From an uncultured delta proteobacterium (lineage in GTDB: Bacteria > Desulfobacterota > RBG-13-43-22), in contig CAWBOS010000015.1 of NCBI GenBank assembly GCA_963790475.1, positions 416,001 to 480,000 of the forward strand: DNA of 64,000 bases, given 5' to 3'. The notes under the pieces were generated by a model. The model did not search any database, was not told where the DNA came from, and worked only from the letters and a program-made list of their open reading frames with translations. A program made the position numbers and the translations under genes. Positions 1-10,194 of the stretch are shown here, piece after piece (position 1 is the first letter of the stretch; every line of letters begins with the position of its first letter).

Positions 1-979
1 CAGGCAGGCAGGGGTGCCCCTCCGCTGGTGGCCACCTGAACGGAAGAGAGTTGGGGTCCGGCAATCTCGGCCGGAAGGGACAGGATGGCCGCCCACAGGC
101 TGGGTACGACCGGGAAGGAAATCGGCCGGTAAGTCTCATTGATTTTCAGCAAGGAAAGGATATCCAGGGGGTCGATCCTGGGCAGGAGGACCATCCGGTA
201 TCCCTTTAGTACGGAAACAAGAAGACAAGCCGATAACCCGAAAACATGGAAAAAAGGAATCACGCACAGAGCCGCGGCATTGCCGGCATTCTGTTCTCCC
301 ATCCAGGCATCGGACTGGAGCACACTGGCAATAAGATTGGCGTGGGTCAGGACAGCGGCCTTGGGGATCCCGGTGGAACCGCTTGTAAACTGCAAGCACG
401 GCCACATCTTCGGGAGAGACCTGAACCGGCGGTTCTTCCGCACTTGAGGCCGAGGCGGTTACTTCCTGGAATATTTGAGGTTGCGGGTCTCCTGCTTCCA
501 AAGGAATTTTCTTTTCCAACCCGAATATGGAGTGAAGGATAACGGTTTTCACCCCGGTTTTTTTAATCACCTGATAGATATTCTGGGCAAACAGATCCAG
601 GGTGATAACCATCCCGGCCCCGGAGTCGTTGAGGCAGCGGGCCAGTTCTTCTCCCTGAATCCCCACACTTATATTGACCACAATGGCCCCGAGTTTCATA
701 ACGGCAAAAAAGGCGATCACATAGGTCGGGGAGTTAACTAGAATAAAAGCGATCCGGTCTCCCTTTTTCAACCCCCTGCTCCCGAAGGGCCTGGGCGAAC
801 CGGTTTACTCTCTCATTCAGTTCCCGGTAGGTCAGGTGGGTTTCATTAAAGGAGAGGGCGGTATAGTCCGGGTGGTTGGTCGCCGTGTCCGTCAGGAAAC
901 GTTGGAGGGGAATCGGCGGATAAGTTAGGGAATGGGGAACATGTCCCTCATAGTGCTTGAGCCACGGTTTTTCTTTCAT
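1..979 (-). CDS. Long-chain fatty-acid--CoA/AMP-dependent ligase, N-terminal part (runs off left edge; frameshifts near 770 and 390)
   Basis: MKEKPWLKHYEGHVPHSLTYP... continues as KKGDRIAFILVNSP and DVAVL, then a YTSGSTG-type AMP-binding motif in another frame; ATG at 979. Confidence 0.85.
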
Positions 980-1049
980 CGACTCTCCAATATTTTGAAA
1001 CCTGTTTTCCGAATAACAATGAAAAAGTTCAAAAACGCCCGTGGCCCTT

Positions 1050-1310
1050 CTACCCATTTTTCCGGTTGGCCTCAATATAGTCCGCCAGGGAGGAAAGGGT
1101 AATAAAGACTTTCTCGCCCAGATCCTTACTGAAGATCTCCACCCCGTAATCTCTTTCTACCAGGACTACCAGGACCAAAAGGTCCACGGAAGCCAGACCG
1201 AGGCCTCCATCAAAGAAAGGGGTGTCGTCTGCCAATTCATTGGGGTCCATATCTTCGAGTTGGAGTTCTTCTACGATTTTTTCTTTTAATTCTTGCAGGA
1301 GTTGTTTCAT
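1050..1310 (-). CDS. Acyl carrier protein with atypical GLGLASVD attachment motif
   Basis: 86 aa, acidic; DDTPFFDGGLGLASVDLL...ERDYGVEI. Confidence 0.85.
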   Translation of the reverse strand: MKQLLQELKEKIVEELQLEDMDPNELADDTPFFDGGLGLASVDLLVLVVLVERDYGVEIFSKDLGEKVFITLSSLADYIEANRKNG

Positions 1311-1515
1311 AGTTGATCCCATATTGAGCGCCCTCTATCCGGAAGTTTTTTGCTTTCTGCTTCAAATTCCCCATCATTTTCCTATCCCCTTTTATTAGAG
1401 AAATAGAGGACTTTAAGATTTTAGGCGTAGAGATTGCCGGGGAAAAAACGCCTTTGTTTTTCTAACATAACAAGGGTTAATGTCAATATCAAATAAATGT
1501 TTCCCATAATTTTCC

Positions 1516-1545
1516 TTGACCCCGGTTCCTTTTTCCATTTATAAT
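1516..1545 (+). promoter_or_regulatory. Putative sigma70 promoter for the ACP-rSAM-FabF operon
   Basis: TTGACC-N18-TATAAT in the AT-rich divergent intergenic region. Confidence 0.45.
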
Positions 1546-1661
1546 TATTAGAATAATTTAAAAGGTCCTGATAAAGATGATTTTCTTTGAGAAACTAATT
1601 TTCCTGCACTCTTTTCTTAAAGAACCCCGAAGAACAAATACTTAAGTCAACAAGGAGGATA

Positions 1662-1937
1662 ATGATGCCTAAAGGCCATGATATTAAAGGCATTATTGAA
1701 AAGGTAGCCCAAATCATCATTTCTGAACTCAAGCTGGAAGACGTTACGCTTGAGACGTTCAATCCTGATTTGGATCTGATTGATGAACTGGGAATTGACA
1801 GTATGGATTTGGCTACTATCGCTTTGGTTTTGCAGGACGAATACAAGATTATGATTGACGAAGACGATTATCCCAAATTAAAGACCATTCGACTGATCGC
1901 GGAATATGTCGGGGAAAAAATTTCAGCCCGGGGTTAA
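1662..1937 (+). CDS. Acyl carrier protein
   Basis: ELGIDSMDLATIAL phosphopantetheine motif; AAGGAGG RBS. Confidence 0.92.
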   Translation: MMPKGHDIKGIIEKVAQIIISELKLEDVTLETFNPDLDLIDELGIDSMDLATIALVLQDEYKIMIDEDDYPKLKTIRLIAEYVGEKISARG

Positions 1938-1996
1938 TATTCCTGCAGCTCAATCCCGGTATTGGGAACAATCAACTTAAGAGGAACACATTGGCT

Positions 1997-3067
1997 ATGA
2001 CCATCAACCATCAGGCATCCCTGGAACCGGAAAAACCGAAGTTTTCCGATCTCCTCGCCCATCCGGAAGTCAGGCAACGCTGGGAAAAAGTCAAGAAATA
2101 TTTTTTTCTGCGGGAATCCACCTACGACATGAGCAACCGTTGCAACCTCCGCTGCGACGGCTGTTATTATTTTGAAGGCGAAAAGCAGTTTGCCGTGGAA
2201 AATACCCAAGTGGAAGCTTGGCGCGAGCTTATGCAATCCGAAAAAAAACGGGGCATCACCTATGTGGTTCTGGCCGGGGCCGAGCCTTCGCTCGTCCCCG
2301 AGCTGTTGGAGGTTTGTTTTCAAGAACTGCCGCTGGGCAGCATAGCGACCAACGGTTTTAAAAAAATACCGGAATCGGTGGGTTATAAAATCCATATTTC
2401 CGTTTGGGGGAATGATGAAACCAGCCTCCGAATACGGAAGGCCAAAGATCTCTTAAAAAAACAAATTGAAAATTATCGCAATGATCCACGGGCCGTTTTT
2501 GTCTATACCTTTACCCGGGAAAATATGGAAGAAGTCTCTGAAGTGGCCAAGCGGCTCGTTTCCGAAAACTGTAAACTGACTTTTAATGTCTTTTCTTCTC
2601 CGTTAGGATATAATGGAGCGTTGCGCCACGATAGGGAGTCGTTGGCGAGGGCTCGAACCTCCATGATTGAGCTCTTGGAGAAATATCCAAAACATGTCCT
2701 TTTTTCGGTTTATAATGCCGTGGCTCATACCCATCAAGGCAGTTTGCACGATCTTTTCTCCTGCTTGTATCCCCGGCAAAACCCTTCCCAGGATCTTGGC
2801 CTGGGGCGGTCTTTTCGCCAATACCGGACCGACTTGAAATGGGATCGATCAGCGGCCTGCTGTGTGCCAGACACCGACTGCGCCGACTGCCGACATTACG
2901 CATCGGGTTCGGCTATTGTCACCGCTCGCCTTTTTCGCCATGCCGATAAGTTGGAAACCTTTCAGGCCTGGTTGGATTACGTGGACACCTATTTGGCGGT
3001 TTGGGTGATGGGGTATCCCAAAGGGGAGAATCTTTGCTCGACTCCGGTCAACCCCCCACTGGCTTAA
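1997..3067 (+). CDS. Radical SAM enzyme (paralogue A) with C-terminal Cys cluster
   Basis: CNLRCDGC motif, AGAEP, ATNG; C-terminal CCVPDTDCADC. Confidence 0.88.
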   Translation: MTINHQASLEPEKPKFSDLLAHPEVRQRWEKVKKYFFLRESTYDMSNRCNLRCDGCYYFEGEKQFAVENTQVEAWRELMQSEKKRGITYVVLAGAEPSLVPELLEVCFQELPLGSIATNGFKKIPESVGYKIHISVWGNDETSLRIRKAKDLLKKQIENYRNDPRAVFVYTFTRENMEEVSEVAKRLVSENCKLTFNVFSSPLGYNGALRHDRESLARARTSMIELLEKYPKHVLFSVYNAVAHTHQGSLHDLFSCLYPRQNPSQDLGLGRSFRQYRTDLKWDRSAACCVPDTDCADCRHYASGSAIVTARLFRHADKLETFQAWLDYVDTYLAVWVMGYPKGENLCSTPVNPPLA

Positions 3068-3116
3068 TAGTCGAACGGGAAACAGATAATCATATGGGTC
3101 TCAAAGGATCGGCTTC

Positions 3117-4115
3117 ATGATCACCGTTAGTTCATTACTGGATCAACCTTGGTACGAACGCTACAAACGGATATCCAATCTGAATATCCGCAGTTCCATT
3201 TATGACGTCACCAACCAGTGCAATTTACGCTGCAAGGGTTGTTTCTTCTTTTCTTCCAACGAACACCAGGCGGCCCGGGAAGAAATGGATCTCCAAAAGT
3301 GGGAAGCGTTTATCGACCGGGAAAAAGAACGAGGGGTCAATCTGGCCATATTGATCGGCGGCGAGCCGACTCTTTACCTGGATCGGGTCGAGGCCTTTTA
3401 CCGGCGTCTGCCGTCCTATTGCGCGACCAACGGGTTAATTAAAATTCCGCGGGACCGCTTTCCCGACATGATGGTCGGGATCTCGCTCTGGGGCAGTCCC
3501 GAAGACGAAAAAGTCCTCCGGGGACGGGACACCTTTGCCATCTCCAGTAAGAGTTATGCCGGCGATCCTTTTACCTATTATTTGTTCACCATCACCCCGC
3601 GGCAGGTGGGAAAGATCGAGCCGGTCATTCAAAGAATTGCGGATGTGGGATTGAAGGTCCATCTTCAGCTTTTGTCAAATGACGAACATGTGGACGGCTT
3701 TTCCTGGCAGGAGAACGAACTGAAAGACTTGTGTAGTGAAATGGATGCCATGCTGGACCGGTATCCCCAGACGGTCATCTCCAGTAAATATTACCATCAG
3801 ATCATCACCACCGGAATCATGATGGGCCGTCCCTTCGGCTGGAACGAATGTCCATCGGTTACCGAGTCCTTAGATGACCGGGACCCCCAGCCCCGCCGCC
3901 TGATCCATTTTATCCGCTGGGCTTCCGATTTAAAGACGGTCCATCGCTGTTGTACTTCGGCCACACGGGATTGCTCCACCTGCAAGGACGGCGCGGCCCA
4001 CATGAGCTGGGCTATGGTCAATAAGCGGGAGCATATCCGGACAACCGAAGATTTACAAAACTGGATCGAAGTCTATGAAATGTTTGCCAAGCTCTATCGC
4101 TTTATCCCCTGGTAA
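3117..4115 (+). CDS. Radical SAM enzyme (paralogue B) with C-terminal Cys cluster
   Basis: CNLRCKGC motif, GGEP, ATNG; C-terminal CCTSATRDCSTC. Confidence 0.88.
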   Translation: MITVSSLLDQPWYERYKRISNLNIRSSIYDVTNQCNLRCKGCFFFSSNEHQAAREEMDLQKWEAFIDREKERGVNLAILIGGEPTLYLDRVEAFYRRLPSYCATNGLIKIPRDRFPDMMVGISLWGSPEDEKVLRGRDTFAISSKSYAGDPFTYYLFTITPRQVGKIEPVIQRIADVGLKVHLQLLSNDEHVDGFSWQENELKDLCSEMDAMLDRYPQTVISSKYYHQIITTGIMMGRPFGWNECPSVTESLDDRDPQPRRLIHFIRWASDLKTVHRCCTSATRDCSTCKDGAAHMSWAMVNKREHIRTTEDLQNWIEVYEMFAKLYRFIPW

Positions 4116-4264
4116 CCCCAGGCGGCCCTCAGGCAACCAGCCTTTGCCGGCACTTCATCGGCTTCTACGATAAAGTCAACGTCCCTGCTGCAAAAGTCTC
4201 GGACCTCCAGCATTCCCGGCTTTGGCGTCATCAGGATTAATATTAAAGCGGACTATTATCCACT

Positions 4265-5515
4265 ATGGTTTCAAGAAAAGCAGTCATTTTAGGGTATGAT
4301 GCTGTTTCTCCCTTAGGCACGGATTGGGAAACCCAATGGGAACGTGCCGTTCGCGGGGATTCGGGCATAGGACCTTTAACCCGGTTCCCGTTGAGCGCCG
4401 AATTTCCGGTTCGGGTAGCCGGTGAAGTTCCCCCTTTCGACCCCCGTCCCTTTTCTTTTTTACAGCCTCGGGAGATGGCCCATTGGACCTCGCCCATTTT
4501 TAAATACGCCCTTTTGGTTGTGCACCGCGCGCTGTTAAAAAGTGGGCTGGTGATTACGCCCGAGATCGCCCCCCGCGTGGCGGTCACTTTCAGCACCGCC
4601 GTCGGCGGATTGGATGCGGTTTTAGAGGCCGATCGTCTGATGGTATCTCAACAAAAGATGCCTCCTCCCTTTACCAATCCCAATTCCTGTATCAACATGG
4701 TCGGCGGCCGGGTTTCTGTATTCACCGGGGCCAGCGGGCCTATCTGTTCAACCATAACGGCCTGCGCCACCGGAGTCACTTCCTTGATCATGGGTGAGCT
4801 GCTCCTGCAGCGCGGCCTGGCCGATGTAGTCATCGGCGGCGCCGTCGATTTTCCATTGGTCGAACCGATCGTAGCCGGATTTGCCACTATGAATGGGGCC
4901 TATCGTCCCAAGGAAGGTCAACCTCTGGTGCCGCCGGAAAAAACCAGCCGGCCTTTTTCAGCCAACCGCAGGGGGTTTGTGGTTTCCGAAGGGGCCGGCT
5001 GCATTATTTTGACCACGGCGGATTTTGCCAAAGCCCACGGGCTCCAGGCGCCTATTGAACTGGCCGGCTATGGAATGACCTCAGATGCCACCCACTTTGT
5101 TGCCCCCAATCTGGAAACGGTTCAAAGATGCATCAGTCAGGCTATTGCCGACGCGGGCCTGCAGCCTTCGGATATCCATGCCGTGAATGCCCACGCCACT
5201 TCCACAAAAGTGGGAGACAAAGTGGAAGCCGATGCGCTGCATAATATCTTCGGCACAAATCTCCCCCCGGTAACGGCCAATAAATCGCAATTGGGTCATG
5301 CCATGGGGGCCTCCAGCGCCATCGAGGCCATTTTGGCCATGGATGGCTTGCTTAAAGAGACCTTGCTTCCCACGATTAATTATCTCCCTGATCCGGAGAT
5401 TGAGTTGGATTGCGTGGCTGAGGGGGCCAGAAAATTCAAAGGGGAATTTGTGCTGAAAAATGCCCTGGGGTTTGGCGGATGCAATTCCTGTCTGATTCTA
5501 CGCCGGCTAATTTAG
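4265..5515 (+). CDS. fabF: Beta-ketoacyl-ACP synthase (FabF-like)
   Basis: TACATG (Cys), NAHATST (His), KSQLGHAMGA (His), NALGFGG. Confidence 0.9.
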   Translation: MVSRKAVILGYDAVSPLGTDWETQWERAVRGDSGIGPLTRFPLSAEFPVRVAGEVPPFDPRPFSFLQPREMAHWTSPIFKYALLVVHRALLKSGLVITPEIAPRVAVTFSTAVGGLDAVLEADRLMVSQQKMPPPFTNPNSCINMVGGRVSVFTGASGPICSTITACATGVTSLIMGELLLQRGLADVVIGGAVDFPLVEPIVAGFATMNGAYRPKEGQPLVPPEKTSRPFSANRRGFVVSEGAGCIILTTADFAKAHGLQAPIELAGYGMTSDATHFVAPNLETVQRCISQAIADAGLQPSDIHAVNAHATSTKVGDKVEADALHNIFGTNLPPVTANKSQLGHAMGASSAIEAILAMDGLLKETLLPTINYLPDPEIELDCVAEGARKFKGEFVLKNALGFGGCNSCLILRRLI

Positions 5516-5581
5516 TCGAAACACCCCATCGGATCAATATTAGAATGGAAGGTTAAGATTACAAAGGATGTGCGGTAAGCC

Positions 5582-6846
5582 ATGAAGGCACCTAAAAACA
5601 GAAAAGTATTTGTCGTCGGTTACGGGACGGCTACCCCCCTGGGGAGTACCTTTGAAAAGACCTGGAAGCGCGCCGTTAAAGGGGAAGCCGGTTTCCGGAA
5701 AGTGACCCGCTGTCAGGTGGAATCCGCTTGCAACATTGTCGGTGAGATCCCGGACTGGAATCCTCTGGATCTTGATTTTATCGATGCCAAAGAAATGTAC
5801 AACTGGAATGCCGCTTTTGTTATCCTGACTATGGCCGTCTGCCGGGAGGCCCTGGAAAATGCCGGGATTACCATGGATGACCGGATTGCCCCGCGCATGG
5901 CCTGTCTGATCGGTTCGGCCCTGAATGGGCCGGATGCCTTCCGAGTAGCGATGCAGGATTTGGAACACCGCGGCCCGCTCCGGGTAAGCCCTTATTTACT
6001 GCCCAATTTGTGCGCCAATGTCCCGGCCGGGAAAGCCGGTATGCTTCTGAAATTTACCGGTCCTATCTTTTCCCCCAGGGGGCCTGCGCCTCGGGCAACC
6101 ATGCCATCGGCCTGGGGGCCAGAATGATCCGGGATGGGGATTGCGATTTCGTACTGGCCGGCGGGGCCGATGCCCCCATCCTGCCGGAATTGATTCACGG
6201 CTTTGCCAATATGAATGCCACCATCAAGGTCCATCCCGAGGATCGCGCTTATTCCGATCCGGCTCAGGCTTCCCGTCCTTTCAGTTTCGACCGCAAAGGA
6301 TTTGTCCTTTCGGAAGGGGCAGGAGTAGTCGTCCTGGCGGCGGAAGAGCTGATAAAGGCCTATGGTCTTAAGGCCAGGGCTGAGGTTTTAGGGGTTGGAT
6401 GGACTTCGGATGCTTATCATTACACCAGCCCCAACCCCACCACCATTATCCGGGCCATCAGGGAAACCATTGAGGATGCCGGTCTGAAACCGGCGGACAT
6501 TGAATACATCAATGCCCATGGAACGTCCACACCCAAGGGCGACCGGACGGAAGTAAAATGTCTGCGAGAAGTTTTTGGGAAAACAATAGAACGTATTCCG
6601 GTATCTTCAAACAAGTCCCAGTTGGGACATACCCTGGGCGCGACCGCGGCCATTGAGGCCGCTTTGACCATTGAGGCCATGGGTAGGGGGCTTATTTTGC
6701 CGACCATTAATCATCTTCCCGATCCCGATTTTCCCGATATCGATGTCGTGGCCAATGTGGTCCGCAAAAAAAATTATGAAATTGCGCTTTCCAATGCCTT
6801 CGGTTTTGGCGGAACGAACTGCTGTATCATTTTTAGGGGGGTGTAA
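5582..6846 (+). CDS. fabF: Second FabF-like ketosynthase (frameshift in C-run near 6072, likely sequencing error)
   Basis: ORFs 5582..6127 and 6010..6846 join at FSPQGACASG; NAHGTST, KSQLGHTLGA, NAFGFGG. Confidence 0.88.
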
Positions 6847-6848
6847 AT

Positions 6849-7328
6849 ATGCGGCCCAAACCATTTCGGCCTGAGGTATTCAATAACGATCAAAAATTCG
6901 TCCGCGATCGCTCGACGGGATTGATCTGGCATCGTTCCACCTATAGAACCTTATATGCCGACACGGACCGCTCGGAAGTGGTCTATCATGCCAACTACCT
7001 GCGTTTTTTCGAATTCGGGCGAACCTCCTTGATGCGCGATTTTGGTTACCCCTACAAGGAAATAGAAGCCAGCGGTTTTGTCTATCCTATCATTGATTTG
7101 AAGATCGGTTTTTATTCCCCGTTGTATTATGATGATTTGATGTATATCCATACCCGGCCGACCCACCTGGAGCGGGTGCGTTTGCAGTTCGACTACCTGA
7201 TCACCCAGGCTGAGAACGGTAGGATCGTCTGCGTCGGTTTTACCAAACATTGCGCCTTGAATGCCAAGAGCCTTCCCGTGGCCGTCGATCCCAAAACGGT
7301 TGAGCTCTGGAAATCGTTCCCCGGTTAG
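6849..7328 (+). CDS. Hot-dog fold acyl thioesterase (YbgC/4HBT-like)
   Basis: YADTDRSEVVYHANYLRFFEFGR motif. Confidence 0.85.
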   Translation: MRPKPFRPEVFNNDQKFVRDRSTGLIWHRSTYRTLYADTDRSEVVYHANYLRFFEFGRTSLMRDFGYPYKEIEASGFVYPIIDLKIGFYSPLYYDDLMYIHTRPTHLERVRLQFDYLITQAENGRIVCVGFTKHCALNAKSLPVAVDPKTVELWKSFPG

Positions 7329-7336
7329 ATCAACCA

Positions 7337-8179
7337 ATGCGTTACCCTTTGGAAATCGAAGTCAGTGATTATCTCTATGATCATCACTTCGAAGGCCGGT
7401 TTGTGTTACCAGCCGTTGAAGCACTGATCATCCTGGCCAAGGCCGTTCAAGACCATTTTCCCAACGTGGATGTGTGTTGTTTGAATAAGGCCCGCTTCCC
7501 CCGCTTTTTAGTTATTCCCCCGGGAACACACCGTCTCCCGGTCTTAGTAGAAGTAGAGGAAACACCAGACGGGGCTATTTCCGCTCTGCTGATGACCTCG
7601 GTCAGATCAAAAACCGGAGGCATAGGCCGCAACTTGGAGCATGCCCGGGTAGAATTTTCCTTGGCCGATTCTCCTCCAAATTCTTTCCCTCCCTTAGCTG
7701 ACGCAGATAATCCTGAAGAATCGGGCATCATAGTACCGGCTGAATCGATTTACCCTGGATTGATCCCTTTCGGGAGGGCCTTTCAAAATATCATCAGCCC
7801 GGTCTCTCTTTGGCCCGGAGGGGCAGCGGCTTCTCTCTCAGGCGCGGACCAGGGAACAGAGGATGATTGGCTCGGCTCCCCCTTCCCCTTTGATGCCGCT
7901 ATTCAAGTGGCTTGTGTCTGGGGGCAACGTTTTACCGAGTATATTCTCTTTCCGGTTGGTTTTGAAAAAAGGATCATTCACCAAAAAACAAAAAAAGGCG
8001 GAATCTATCTTGGCCGTATCACGCCAGTGGCCATTGGACAGAACCCATTTTTATTTGATGCCCTGATTTTTGATTCTCAAGGGACGGTCTGTGAAGAAAT
8101 CCGAAGTATTCAAATGCAGGATGTATCCCAGGGCCGCCTCCGCCCGCCATTATGGATCAAGGAGTTGCGACCGGCTTGA
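7337..8179 (+). CDS. Stand-alone PKS-type (double hot-dog) dehydratase
   Basis: YLYDHHFEGRFVLPA (HxxxGxxxxP) and FDAAIQ (DxxxQ) motifs. Confidence 0.72.
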   Translation: MRYPLEIEVSDYLYDHHFEGRFVLPAVEALIILAKAVQDHFPNVDVCCLNKARFPRFLVIPPGTHRLPVLVEVEETPDGAISALLMTSVRSKTGGIGRNLEHARVEFSLADSPPNSFPPLADADNPEESGIIVPAESIYPGLIPFGRAFQNIISPVSLWPGGAAASLSGADQGTEDDWLGSPFPFDAAIQVACVWGQRFTEYILFPVGFEKRIIHQKTKKGGIYLGRITPVAIGQNPFLFDALIFDSQGTVCEEIRSIQMQDVSQGRLRPPLWIKELRPA

Positions 8180-8549
8180 TAACCTGAAAATTCACTTCAA
8201 CCTTTAAGTTCAGCAGACGGGAATTTCGGTTCTGGTCAGGCATTGCGAGGAGTTGATGAATATGAACTCTCCCGTTTTACTCGAAATGACGAATTGAGGA
8301 AAGTTGTATCACCTGACCAAATGGTTTCGAACCGTCAGTCCGGGAAAACGGCTAAAATCCCTGTCTGCGCTCCACAACATATTTACCCCGTAAGGAAAGG
8401 GGGACAAACACAAGGCGTTGCCACTCTTCAGGTAATTATTTGGCCAAAGGCCAGAGTCCCGCCTTGGAGGGATTCAATCCAGCCCCTCACGGGATTGAAA
8501 AAAAGATTCTCTCAGCGTCCTTTGCGTCTGGCGGTGAAAAATAATTCCT

Positions 8550-9809
8550 TTACATCCCCACCCGGCCGAACTTCCGGTCGGCCTTGGTCTGCCATCGGCG
8601 GAAGGTGCCGTCGGCCATTTCCTTGGCGATAACTCTTTTGAAAAGTTCGAACATCCGGTAGGATTGTGGCTTTTCGCGGTAGAAGGTTTCCCAGGACTCG
8701 TCGTATAATTCCTGAAGACGCTCCACACTCATGTGTTTCGGCTGGAAGATGACTTTGTCGCAGGTATAGTCATTCCAATCGTAGGACAGAATCCGCCCTT
8801 CCTGTTGCAGGTCGGTGAAGGCCCGCGTGTGGGGAAAGGGGGTCAGGACGGTGAATTCCGCCAGATCCAGTTCGACCTCCAGGAGAAAATCGAAGAGGCG
8901 GCGGATATAATCTTCGGTGTGGTGGTCGAGACCGAGGAGGATGGTCCCCTCGACCCCGATCCCAAAATCATGGTAGTGTTTGATCCGGTTGCGGATTAAG
9001 TCCGAGGTATCGAAAACCGCCTGATAGACATACCAGGCCCCGGCCTGGGCCGCCAGATCCAGCACCTCTTCATCATCCTCGATAGGGTGGGAGCACCACT
9101 TTTTTTTCAGAGGAATCATCTCCCGGAATAGTTGCTTTTCCCAGGCCTTGTCCTGGGCCAAGGAATTGTCCACAATGAAAAGACGATTATTTTCTATGGC
9201 GGCCAGTTCCTCCACAACCTTGTCCATGGGGCGGGGCCGGAACTGACGTCCCCCCAGAAAACTGACACAGCAGGGATAGCAGTTAAATCGGCATCCCCGC
9301 GAGGCGTGGAAAAGATCGACCATCTGGACGCCCTTGTAGTTGTAAAGCTCCCGTTTAAGGAGGTCCCGTCGGGCCGTGCCGACCGAGGCGATGGGTGGAA
9401 AATCGGTCAGGTAGTCGTAGACGTTTTGAAGCCGGTTATTCTGGAAATCATCCAAAACCTGCTCCATACGTCCTTCCGCTTCCCCCAGGAAGACCGCGTC
9501 GGCATGAAGGGAAGTCTCTTCGGCATGGAGCATAGTGGCAATGCCGCCGCAGATGACCGGCAGACCTCTCCTCCGGTATTCATCGGCAATTTCCCAGCCC
9601 CTTTTCACCTGGCTGGTCAGCATCATGGAGATCCCCACCAAGTCCGCTTGGTCATCGAAATCAATGGTCTCCAGATTTTCATCGACGAAATCTATTTCCA
9701 CATCTTGGGGCAGGGCGGCGGCGAAGACAACGGGGCCATGCGGGGGGAGATGGAACTCGGTCTGGCCTTTGAGCTTTTTCCACTTGGGATAGATGAGTTT
9801 AAATTTCAT
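8550..9809 (-). CDS. Cobalamin-dependent radical SAM enzyme
   Basis: N-terminal B12-binding region (LVGIS...ICGGIATML), SRGCRFNCYPC, LTPFPHT. Confidence 0.88.
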   Translation of the reverse strand: MKFKLIYPKWKKLKGQTEFHLPPHGPVVFAAALPQDVEIDFVDENLETIDFDDQADLVGISMMLTSQVKRGWEIADEYRRRGLPVICGGIATMLHAEETSLHADAVFLGEAEGRMEQVLDDFQNNRLQNVYDYLTDFPPIASVGTARRDLLKRELYNYKGVQMVDLFHASRGCRFNCYPCCVSFLGGRQFRPRPMDKVVEELAAIENNRLFIVDNSLAQDKAWEKQLFREMIPLKKKWCSHPIEDDEEVLDLAAQAGAWYVYQAVFDTSDLIRNRIKHYHDFGIGVEGTILLGLDHHTEDYIRRLFDFLLEVELDLAEFTVLTPFPHTRAFTDLQQEGRILSYDWNDYTCDKVIFQPKHMSVERLQELYDESWETFYREKPQSYRMFELFKRVIAKEMADGTFRRWQTKADRKFGRVGM

Positions 9810-9955
9810 GAGGAAAAAATATCATACCTGACAAGGAAGGTCAATTATTTAGAGCCAGTCAAGTAAAGCACAGACTAACTACCAAAGTTGTCTAAGAATA
9901 AAAAACAGGACCAATAAGATTAACGAGTTCGAAAAAATCATTGAAGATCGTTAAA

Positions 9956-10178
9956 GTCATTCCGTCGGAGAGACTGTGTCACGATTACATTTATGTCATT
10001 CCGTGCAAGCAAAGCGCGACACGGAATCCAGTTTTTCCGATAAGTTCTGGATACCGGCTTTCGCCGGTATGACGACTTTGATGGCGCTTTAAGTAATTAC
10101 GAAACCGCCTCGGAAGCCTGAGTCCAGTATTCTAAAGTGGAAAAAATTATCCTGGACCCCGGTTTTCTCCGGGGTGAC
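9956..10178. repeat. REP-like palindromic element interrupted by a MITE
   Basis: GTCATTCCGTC-GGA|...|AGCCTGAGTCCAG...CTGGACCCCGGTTTTCTCCGGGGTGAC. Confidence 0.65.
9970..10111. mobile_element. 142-bp MITE, copy 1 (3-bp TSD GGA)
   Basis: Near-identical to 53302..53443; imperfect TIR GAGACTGTGTCACGATT...AATTACGAAACCGCCTC; GGA on both sides. Confidence 0.8.
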
Positions 10179-10194
10179 GACTATTATCGATTCT

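Noticed and set aside
1050-8179. Standard aryl-polyene or housekeeping fab operon
   Set aside because: No chain-length factor, FabG, FabD/FabH, glycosyltransferase or exporter is in view, and the radical-SAM pair is not part of those systems. Genes beyond the left edge are unseen.
8180-8549. ORF 8243..8632 or a structured ncRNA between convergent genes (TGGTCAGG...CCTGACCA pairing)
   Set aside because: The ORF has no RBS or motif; the pairing is short and matches no RNA family I recognise.
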